From Priapulus caudatus (taxonomy: Eukaryota), in NCBI RefSeq assembly GCF_000485595.1, contig NW_014577085.1, positions 713,494 to 763,551 on the forward strand: DNA of 50,058 nucleotides, written 5' to 3'. The first letter of the stretch is position 1, and every line of letters begins with the position of its first letter. Below, in pieces: positions 1 through 11,500 of this stretch. The translations under genes and the position numbers were made by a program. A model generated the notes under the pieces. It worked only from the letters and a program-made list of their open reading frames with translations, had not been told where the DNA came from and did not search any database.

Positions 1-158
1 TCAATTTTTCATACAAAAAACATTCAGTAATACTATATTATATATTTCTATGGCTGAAGCACATCAAGACGGTCTGAGTGCTTTAGACTAGAGTCTAGGC
101 TAACATGTAATCGACAGCTCCACTCACATACGTGCCATACACAATGTGCCATGCAGTG

Positions 159-251
159 TAGCTCTAGAACTATAGTGAAGCCCTTTGCTCCGCCACAGGC
201 GTAACAGGATAGCCTCCAGTGGCAGAGCGAAGGGCTATAGTTCTAGAGCTA
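159..251. mobile_element. short foldback element
   Basis: TAGCTCTAGAACTATAG (159-175) and its exact complement (235-251), plus inner arms GCCCTTTGCTCCGCCAC / GTGGCAGAGCGAAGGGC. Confidence 0.65.
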
Positions 252-861
252 TATACACAGTAAAAGCGCGTGCTACATTATGTGTACAGGAACGACACGC
301 ACCTGTCAATCGCTTTCGTGATTGTTTTGCAGTAACAATATTGGCAGAAATACCAAGCATGCCATATATATTGGCCCAGATTTCTATGACATTCAAGGAT
401 ATTTACGTGATACTGAAAGGGAATTCAGATAATCATAATAGAAGAAAGTATTCAAATTTAAAGGAATTACATGTGCTTCATTAAATAGCTTAGCTTGTTT
501 TATTCACTGTTTAACATCCGTATCGTTTGTATCGCGATACAGACGCGCGTATCGATTATCGTATTGTGGACTGTTGTAGCGCAATTCGTTGATGTATCGG
601 TGAATCGTTACACCCCTAATATATCAGTATATCAGTGTCATTCGTGATCATTCAAGCCCTATGGTGTGTATTCCTTTACTCCACCATTCTCCTCCCAATG
701 TTGCAAAGTGAAGGCCTACAAATATGTAGAGCTAGATTAACTAGTAGTACTGATCTACGTAATAATATAATAATTAATAGTACTAGTAGTGACGTTGGGA
801 GTGATGGTGGTAGTACTTAGTGACGGCGACTGCTGCCACAGTGGCAGCAGCAATAGTAATA

Positions 862-2239
862 CAGTGTGGCCCTGTTATATAACACGATCGTTGAGGTCCA
901 TAAAATGTCATCGCGAAAAAAGCGGGGTTGCGCTAAATCGGGGTTCAAGAAAATCACTGTATAAACTGACCCAATGTTGACCCAATGGCCCTGTCACACC
1001 TTGATGATTTAGCCAGCATATGCCGACGTATCAAAATTTCTCTAAAACGCTGGCATAAGCTGAACTATCGATGTTTTTTTCAATTTTGGCCGTATACATA
1101 GCGTATTCATAACGAGTTGGACGTATACTTAACGTATTAGTAACGTATATATAGAACGTTTCGATAACTTATAGATAACTTATACCAACGAATGCTTAGC
1201 GTGTTGCCGGCGTTCACAACTTATGCCCAACGATAGTCTAACTTATGCATAGCACGCGGCAGCGTATCGCCGACGATCGCGTGTCGTAGCTTATAAAAAG
1301 GCTGCCGCTCAACGATTCAAATCATAACCGCACTAGACATCGCAGTATATCAACATCACCGTCACAGTATCAACATACCAATAACATTTTTATATACCAA
1401 TTCCCCTAAACGCTGCCAATACGCCATTATACGGTAGCTGTAAGTTAGAAACACGTTCAGTAAGTTCTGTGGTCATCCGGAACACGTCAAATACGTCTAC
1501 ATACGTCAATATGCGTTGGAGATAAGTTATACACATAGGTTCAAAGCACGTTACTCATAGGTTAGAAATAAGTTTTGGGTACGCTAGACATTATCTCGAC
1601 GTATTTCGACTTATGAGTAACTTAATTACAAGTAACGTGTGTGAACATGTGTCAACGATCGCATAACTTGCCTACAACTTATCATTATGGCCCGCGTATG
1701 CGGGACGTATGGGCATACGCTGGCATACGTCGGAAAATTTTGAGCATGCTCAACATTTTCCGACGACCTTGCCGTACTACGACGTATACCAGCGTGCTTC
1801 AGCGTGCTCTTATAACTTATACAAAGCTTACCCATAACTTATTCGACGTACGCCAGCGTATTCACCAAATTTTTCATACGTCGGTATACGCTGGCTTTCA
1901 TACGGAGGTGTGACAGCACCATTACATCCTAAAACACCCGTGCTATTTTCGCCCTATTTGACCTGTTTTTTGTTCGAATGCATAATGAACAATGCATAAA
2001 AGTGAACAATGCAAATGAAACAATGCAAACAGTCATATGCACAACATGCACACAGCAACAAGTCATGTAAACTAATTTAGTTGCGCGATCTATAGGCGAT
2101 CGTCGCTTTAACTTAAGGCCGGCTTAACACACCAAAAAACTTCAGTTCTGGAAATTAAGAGCAAAAAAAGGTTCAATGACTCATCACGTTATATCCGAAT
2201 TCGCGTTAAATCGGGTCACGTAAAATCGGGGTTTCACTG
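862..2239. mobile_element. Tc1/pogo-type MITE hosting a nested insertion
   Basis: TA|CAGTG..CACTG|TA ends with degenerate TIRs and AAATCGGG subrepeats near both ends. Confidence 0.6.
987..1920. mobile_element. non-autonomous PIF/Harbinger-ISL2EU-like element
   Basis: ~70-bp imperfect TIRs GGCCCTGTCACACCT..AGCCAGC / GCTGGCT..AGGTGTGACAGCACC, flanked by AT on both sides. Confidence 0.75.
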
Positions 2240-2348
2240 TAGTAGGATCGAGTGCGTGCGTCTATACTATCATTGATAGCCTATATCTTCTTCTTACTTT
2301 ATGAGGTCAAGTTGTAAATACCAACATTATTTTTATATTTGCATATAG

Positions 2349-2570
2349 GAAACTCCGGTGTGAAGATATCACAGAGTTCTTCTCGCACAAAATTCATGGC
2401 AAAGGCAGTTGTTCCAGCTTCACATAGACGAGAACTCCACCATAGAGATGACTCCTTTATCTTCCAGTTGGCCACACATGTGCCTGACATGGTAGTGTTA
2501 AGGGATCAAAACCAACCTATGCCCTTTAGAAAAGAGTTTAGTGGAATCCTAATGTTTGCTGATGTCTCAG
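2349..2570 (+). CDS. ADCY10: sAC exon, start of C1 (..LATHVPD..FSGILMFADVSG)
   Basis: AG at 2347-2348, donor GT at 2571; first metal-binding Asp in FADVS; possible ATG at 2396. Confidence 0.88.
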
Positions 2571-5500
2571 GTGATATACTTAATGCGACACATGAACCCT
2601 ATATAGCTTCCTTGCATGTTTTCAGTTCAAACAAGTTTGTTGGTTATGCTGCATAGAAAATGTCATTGTTCAATATTTATTAGAAATATTTTAAAATTCT
2701 TTTAAAACTGACAAATATACCAGTGCTTACAACGACAGTGGCGCCACCACAAGCGAATGCTGACAAAGTTGCGCAACGCAACTTATCGGCTGCAGGCTAC
2801 AGACCGAGGGTGTTTTTTATTTATTAATGTAAGAGGAGAATGATTGCAATATCTTATAAACCACTCTCAGTTTCAGTTATAATATGAACGAATTTGACCT
2901 AAAATAAAAAGCGTTTGGTTAAATATCAGTTACGTATAAATATATTTGCACTTTTGTGATTAGCCCTATGTCTGTAACATGCAAAATTAATTTGTAAAGG
3001 CGCAACTTTGTCAGGGTGGCAGCACAATCGTGCAGTGTCACAAGGTCAGTGATAAAAAATAAAGGTTTCGAAAGTCACTGTCGTTTTATGACAAATCTGA
3101 ATGCGTGATTATAGAAATTTGTAGGTATATGCTATTATTTATGCACTTACTATCATAATATCAGTAGTGAATAATAATAGATTCTATAATTCTAGAATAA
3201 TAGATTCTATAATCGAATTTATTGTTATTCATTCCTGATAATATACTATAAAATTCTAGGGGGTATGTGCATCTGTGTGTGTGTATTATATATAACAAAA
3301 TTTCATGTGCATTTACAAACTCTTGTGTAGTTTGTTTTACTTATTACTTTAATTAGTTTACTTTAATATTTAGATTTAAATGATAACTTATTTTGTGCAT
3401 ACCTTTAGGCTTCACATCGCTAACAGAGAAGTACAGTGCGAATGCCAAAAGCGGTGCTGACCAACTAACAAAAACACTCAACGAGTATATTGGCGCTATC
3501 TGTGAGGGAATTATAACTGCAGATGGTGACATTCTGAAGTTTGCAGGTGTGTTTATCGTGTATGGTTAAATTAATTTGCGTATGGTAAATACTAGATGAA
3601 TAACTCAGATTTACTAGATTGATCATATCCATTCATTGTCTGCAACATTAATTACAATAGAGCGTATATTGAATGTAAATGTGTGGAGATATTATATTCT
3701 ACTATATTAGGAGATGCCATCCTGGCAGTGTGGCCGTGTGAGCCAGATGAGCTGAAGGGTGCTCTGCTGAAAGTTATCCATTGTTGCCTTGACATTCAAG
3801 ACAAGTATGGGGAGTGGAAGACTGATATTGGAGTCAAACTTAGGGTAAAAATGGGTGAGAAATATTACTTCATCATGATTTCGATTTGCTTTATATGTTA
3901 TTATATATTCTTAATAGTAGTTTAATGAAACATTGCAATGGCATTTCTACCATTTGTTCATGGCACTGCATTTTGTGAGTATAGATTGAATGGCATTTAT
4001 GAATTGAAAGAATATTTTTGAGTTACAAATTAATACAGTGTCAGATTGAGCAAATGTGTTTCAAATGTCTGTTGTTGGAAATTACTGATATTAGGTTCTT
4101 TTGATTTCTGTTGCAGCAATTGCGTGTGGGGAGCTGTGTGTCATGTTTCTTGGAAATGACGAATTCCAGCACTACGTGACTACAGGAAACACTGTAAATG
4201 ACGTCAACAAAACAGAGAAGTTCTGTGAGCCTGGCTGGGTTGTTCTCTCTCCATACGCGTGGTCACTGTGCGATGCAACGACAATGGAGTATCAAATGAT
4301 GGATGATGATCAGCATGTCAGAGTGAGTCTAGGGTGTCAGTGACGTATGAAATAGGTATAGTCTATATCTATAATGATTCAATATCTAATCTGTTAGCTC
4401 TTGCAGCAAATTTTTGTCATGGCATGAAGTAGTTATATAGTTAACATTTAATAGTGTCTGCTTAGCACTTTTTATGAGTATTGGAAATATTTGTCCATGA
4501 GCTATATGTGCAAAATACATAGTGGGAACACTTTTTTTTAACCATGACTATATGCTTCTGTTTGAAAGGTTTCTGCAGTGTTCACTGAACAACCTGCTCA
4601 TTATCTATTAAGAAGAACCTACAGTTACTTCACAACAGTTGCAGGACTTCGCAATGAAAGCCACACCTTTTCCGATATCAACAAAAACCTCACTCCGGTT
4701 ATATTCAGCAGACCATTCGGTATAAATTCCTTGTTATATTCTCGTGCCATCTATATGTTGAAAAGTAAGAGATAGCTAAATAAAAGTAAGGTTTTTTAGG
4801 GGCAACCGATTACTGTAATGAGTTAAAAATATTTTGTTATCCAATGGTGTCTATCTTATCACGTTTATTTTGAATGTTAATTACCAATTATTTGGAGGTA
4901 CTATAGAGCCATCAATTAAAAATTATTACAGTATTGTCAGTAACTGTTCATATTTTGTGTGTGTGTAAATTGCAGTTACTGCTTCTCAAGATAGCATCGC
5001 AGAAGAACGTAAAAAGCTTAGATGTAAGCCACAGATTATGCTGCTATTAGTTGATCTCATCTCTATCTCGATCTCTCTCTCTCTCTCCCCCCTCCCCCCT
5101 CTCTCTCTCTCTCTATCTTTTTTCTCTTTTTCTCTCTCTTCCTTCACCTCTTCCTTGCTCTCGTTCTCTTTCGCTCACTCATTCACCCACGAACCTACCT
5201 GCCAGCCTGTTCTTTCCCTTCCTCTCTATAATAGATTGAGTAAGAGAGATAATCTGGTATAATATTAATTAAAAGTTACAAAAATGCAAACATGTGCGCG
5301 CACGCACGTGCACATGCGCTCATACATGTTACAAGTATTACTTGTGATTCCTACCCATATTTAATTTTCGAAAAGGTAATTTGCAATAAATAATAAACCT
5401 ATATGTAATTTATGATGAAGAAAATAATAATACAGGAATTTCTTTGCATTCTCTAAGTGTTACACTTGTTTTTAGTTCGTAGGTCTGTTTTTCTTGATAG

Positions 5501-8500
5501 CGAGGAAAGCTTGGTGCAAGATTTGAGAAGATATGTCATTTCTCCCGTTAGGAAAAAGGTAATCATGTTCATGCATGTAATAACAGACATGGTAGCTATA
5601 GCTATGATGTACTTACTCACTATAACACTTTACTCTAACTGCTGTAGGCCCTACTGTACTGTACTGTACTGTACTGTACTGTACTGTACTGTACTGTACT
5701 GTACTGTACTGTACTGTACTGCACTGTAATTACTAATTAACACGCTAAGTGTATTATTTTATTGCTAGATTGATGACAACCAGCCCGTGGAGTTTCTGTC
5801 AGAGATGAGAGAAGTCACGATTGTGTTTATGAATATGGTTTTAAAAGAGACAACTCTAAGAGAGCAAGTTTATATTCTGCAGAAGGCCTTTGAGGTGATC
5901 TACCGCAATGTTGAGCGCAAACGGGGTATGTCTGCCATGTTGATGTACGTTTGTCTCTTTAATATATGTTATTCATGTAGCAAGCACCATAAGGTGTAGA
6001 GGTTTTTAAAACGATCATTGCAAGAATTTTGCTCAGAAAAACTAAATATAGCTGAATATAGTCTCACCTGACAGCGAAAATATCACTGATTACACCAACA
6101 TTCAAAACACCAATATTTTATGCAGTTATAGCATAGAAAAATTGATTTGACCACATCATACCAGCAATACATTTTTTCGAGTCAAGACTTTCAAAAATTA
6201 CAAATGGCGTCTCAAACAAGCGAACATAATTAAAACAAAGAGCTAGGCATCTATTTGTGTGTGATAAGTATTCTCGCTGGCGTTTCGCAACGAGGATTTG
6301 ATCCACTTCTCTCTCCGTCTTCGTTATAGTTCCTAGGACTTTTGAAGACTATAATATTTATGAGGTTACAACTTACACTCTTGTTTGTGTTACGCTACTA
6401 TGCACCTCTGTGTTTACATCTGACCAAAAATATCTCCGGTGCGATTTTTGCATTACTGTACCCTTGTTGACGTCTCGCGGTACCTCGAGAAAGTGCGAGA
6501 CATGACAGCGAAAATCAACAAGAGAACGCAAAATTGTAATCGTGCATGATTTTGTCTTTGCATGCGGTTCTAAGACATTTTATTGTTATTTCAAACAATT
6601 ACTGTTACTCAAGCAACAACGGTAGGCATCATGAGAGTGAGAATAAACACTAAAAAACGCTGAAAACAACTCGCAATGATCGCTTTAATAGACTCGATCC
6701 CATTAACTGCTTTTATAACTCGTTTACATAAACTCGCTGTAGAAAATCATTAGATATGCTGTAGTAATTGTCAAATGTGATGCTGTTGCCCCTCTATATG
6801 AAGAAAATAATTTATATGCAAATTTTGTGCATTTGTCTTTGTAACATTTGTGAGGTATGTGTAGCAGTGAATTATAAATAACCACACTCAAAAACACTAT
6901 ATTTCACATATGTTATATGTGGGGTGTTGCTTGTTAAACTGCTATTATTTTGTGTATACATTAATTAGGTTGTAAAATGTGTTGATTGCACTTTTACAAA
7001 TATCATTTTAAGAAAGAGTTGCACTTCAGTGCTGATAAAGTTTCTGCATAGTGCATATAGTATATATCATGAGAAATAATAAAAACAAACAATGTTTTTA
7101 TTTACTTCTGATATTATGCTTAGTCTGTGTGTAGTTTGTGTACATATATTTGAGTTTCTTTATATATATAAATGGTAATCCTGGTTTTAATATTTTCAGG
7201 TTGCATGAATAAGATATTCATGTTTGACAAGGTAACTGCACTTGAATAGAGCTATGAAATGAAATGAATTGAAGATGACCAGCTATAGGATATTTGCATC
7301 GTAGTGTCCTAGATGAAGTTATTAAAATTACATATGATATGTAATATAACTGACTACTAAAACTTACTCTATATCTTGTGCAGTATAAGGTTCTCAATTA
7401 AAAAATGTTTACATTAATTTGCTTTTGAAACTTGTGTGGTCGAGTCAATATAATTCTATAATTATAATTCTAAATTTATATAATTAGTAACTCTATATCT
7501 TGTGCAGTATAAGGTTCTCAATTAAAAAATGTTTACATTAATTTGCTTTTGAAACTTGTGTGGTCGAGTCAATATAATAATATATGGATGCAGATTTTGC
7601 AAGTGTATTTTGATTTAATTTCATAATGAGATGATCAGCTCAATTGCAGGGTACAACGTTTCTGGTTATCTTTGGACTGCCTGGCTACAAGGAAGAAGAT
7701 GAGACAGCCAATGCGCTTCAGGCAGCGTATCGTATGACGAATGAGCTCAATGCAACGAATGGAATTCTGTAAGCAACTCGTGATTGAGAATGTTACTGTG
7801 CTTTCTTACTTATGCAGTAGACATTGCTCTATTGTTCAGCTAGAGTAGGTAGAGAAACAATTAAGGAGTTATAGGTTACCAATTTTTTTATTAGCTCATC
7901 TGACGTAGTTAGATGCAGCTTGTAGAATCGCATGATTGTCTGTACGTTTGTGCGTCCGTCCGTGCGTGCGTCCGTCAACAGTTGGGCACAAATCTTAACC
8001 GCTCGACGTACGGTCACGATATTCGGGACGTCGGGGGGGATCGTGAAAAGGACTCGGGATGACCAACTTGGGGGGCAAGGGTCAAAGGTCAAGATGTGTA
8101 AACGGAGGGGGAATATTTCCCCCTTAACTTAAGGTATAGGAGGAAATACGAAATTGCGGTACAAATCTTAACGGCTCAACGTATGCTCTTAATATTCGGT
8201 GTATAGTGTGATGGGCAGGAAACCCATCACCAGTGCGAAATTGGAGGTCACAGGTCAAAGGGCAGTGGGGGAAAGGTCAGATATCAGACATTTTCTGAGG
8301 ACATGGCCTAATGGACAGAGTGAAAAACTTTTTTGTTTCAGCACTGACCTACCATTTTTATCACTTTATTGAAATTAGGACCATGAAATGTGCTTTCCAC
8401 TGACGTGCGAAGAGTAAGTGTCTGATAATCTTTTGACCCTGAAAGGGAGGGTTCAACATGGATTTGTTGACTGTTAACAAAGGACTGAACTGATTTTGCT

Positions 8501-11500
8501 ATTATTAGAGCCCATACCTATGTGGATGTGAGGCTACATTTGCAGTTCAATTGCAAAGACAAAAGTTTGTTGAACTATAGGTTTACACTCCTTATAAATC
8601 ATATTATTTTCTAAAGCAGTCTGTATATATTAATAGCACCCTGAATGCTCGCGTGGCTACCGTCATCCGAAATGTAGGCAAAAACCTGGGGGCAACCCAT
8701 TACTCATGCATGGGGGTGAACTGGCACTTTTCTAATAAACATGCACACCTGCAATGCAGATGTGTTTAATTGATTACTCGATCACAGCTGAGCGAAATTG
8801 TCGCCTGCCTGAATATACTTGGATTTTAGCCTGTAAATTTCAGCAACTCAATGGAATTAGGTTATCTCTACTTTCTTGACTTATCACCAATGCACAAAGG
8901 GTGATGCCATCTTTGATTATTGATTACACTTGCACGCGCCATCTCGCGGCAACTATAGGCCTAGTGATACGTACGTACATTATGACACGAGTATATAAGA
9001 CAGTCGAGCAGGTATGAAGTAGGATATGCATTGTTAGGGTTTAGTTTTAGTGTTAATACCTATGCTACACAGATTTGATGATGACGTAGCCGGTTTAGCG
9101 ATAGAACATGCTTTCAACCTTTTGCAGAAACGAAGGCCAGTACAGTAGAGCAGCAGACCTCAGATGAGCACTGTTGCTAATGCGGCACTTGTTGTATATG
9201 TAGGCATTGTGAATGTTACAGGAAGCACTTTGAGAGCGCATTATCCATGAGTGTCATACAAAATTTGAGATATTTGATATATATTTAATATATATTTGTT
9301 TTTTGAAATATTTCAGGAGAACTTCCATTGGTGTTACTGTGGGATCTACATTTTGTGGTGTGGTTGGACACAGGCACAGGCATGAATATACAGGTAAATG
9401 ATTGAACGCTGCTGCAGGGGCATGATTTTTTTATCATTTTTAGCTCATATGACATAGTCGGATGCAGCTTGTAGAATCGCACGATCGTCCGTCCGTCCGT
9501 GCGTGCGTCCGTCCGTCCGTGCGTCAACAGTTGGGCACAAATCTTAACCGCTTGACGGTGACGATATTCGGGACGTCGGGGGGGATCGTCAAAACGAGTT
9601 GGGATGTCGAAGCTGGGGGGTCAAAGGTCAAAGGTCAAGAGGTGTAAAAGAAGGGGGAACATTCCCTCCTTAACTTAAGGTATAGGGAGGAAATGCAGAA
9701 TTGCGGCACAAATCTAAATGGCTCGACCTAGGCTCGTGGTAGTTGGTGTATAGCATCATGGTAGGAAAAGCCATCACTGTGTCGAAATTGGAGGTCACAG
9801 GTCAAAGGTCAATGGGGCACAGGGCAGATTTTAGACATTTTCTGAGGACATGGTCTGACGGAGCGATTGAAAAACTTTTTTGTTTCAGCGGTGACCTAGC
9901 ATTTTTATGGCTTTATTGAAAGGACCATGAAATCTACTTTCTGCTGACATGCGAAGAGTAAGTGTCAGATAACCTTTTGACCCTCAAGAGGAGGGTTAAA
10001 CATGGATTTGTTTACTGTCTGTTAGAAAGAATTTGACTGCCGGGTTTGCTAGTAGAATCTATACATGCCTGGATGTACGAGGCTACAATGTCACAATGAA
10101 ATTTCAAAAGCTAAATTTGGTTGAAGAAGGTTTATGCTCCTTAAATCGTATAATTTCTATGGCATTCTGTACTGTCAGTATTTTACATGTAACGTATGCC
10201 ACTGCCAGTGGCCACTGCCAGTGCATGTGGTGGTGGTACTGTGTAGTTTTTGCCTGCATTAATTAGTTACAGGTGGCAGCTCTCTATTGCAGCCTGTAGG
10301 CTTGCATAGGTAAATGGATGAGTGCTTACCTATTCTGTCTTGCAAATAGTTGTTGCTACTACGTACGATGGGAGCTTCCATCTTTAATCTGAAGACACTT
10401 AAACGTACGCGCCATCTCGTGGCAACTTTTATATCGATCCCAACGAACATTCCTTTGAGAAGGTTCCTGATACCATCCCTGTGCATTCCACTGTTTCGGC
10501 GTGTATGTGAACACATTTGGGACTAACAGGGTTTACTAGAATCCCACCACTCCACCACAGAGTCACCGCAGTAGACGTTAGATGAGCGCTGTCGCTTCGC
10601 GGCACTTGTTTTCCTTTTGCGATGTCAGATGACCTGTGAGGTCAAATCCAATGTGCCCATGACATTCAGCATCCAAAGTCACATCTAATGGCCATCCTTG
10701 GACATATCTAGAGTGGCCCATATTGATTTGAATCGAGAACAGATGAACAGAGAAACTTCCACAAATATGTATTATAGATTAATGAAAGATAAAATCCTGT
10801 AAAGATCAATAATTTGATTGAATTAATTACTACAACAATATTTGATAAAGAGGGTGACACTTACTGTTTAAATTTATCATCTCAAATAAATTTAATTAAA
10901 TCAAGAAATTAATAAATATAGATAAATTTTGTCTCACGTTTTCGATTCGTGTGTACATAATACTGATTACTTCAGCAAAAAAATTATTTCAGATTTGTGC
11001 TGTTATAGGCTATAAAACAGTGATTGAACAGCAAACGTAGACCTGCTATATCATGAGATTTGCGAGAATGGAATTTTCAAACACGCACAAAACCAGTGCA
11101 CGTAGTTACATGACGCAAATATCTATAGACTGGTACTAGATCTTGAAATTTATACGAAGGTAGCATAGTGTAGAGACAGCATACTGGTTTATGGCATCTT
11201 GCGAGAGAGCGAAAAACACACTAACTTTGCTGACATGTAAACAATTATTATTTGAGATGCAGATCGGTGCACATATTGGTGAATGGACGAACGAGATAAA
11301 ATGAAAACAGTTGTCGAAAACATGAGAATTCCTCGCTTTAAGGTACAAAGTATTATATGTTATAGTGTGATCCTATAGTTAGTCATATTGATACTATGGT
11401 TTCCTGTATTTTCAGTTATTGGAAGTAACGTGAACAAGGCAGCACGTCTGATGATGTACTACCCAGGCAGGGTAACATGCGATGAAGCTATCCGGACTGC

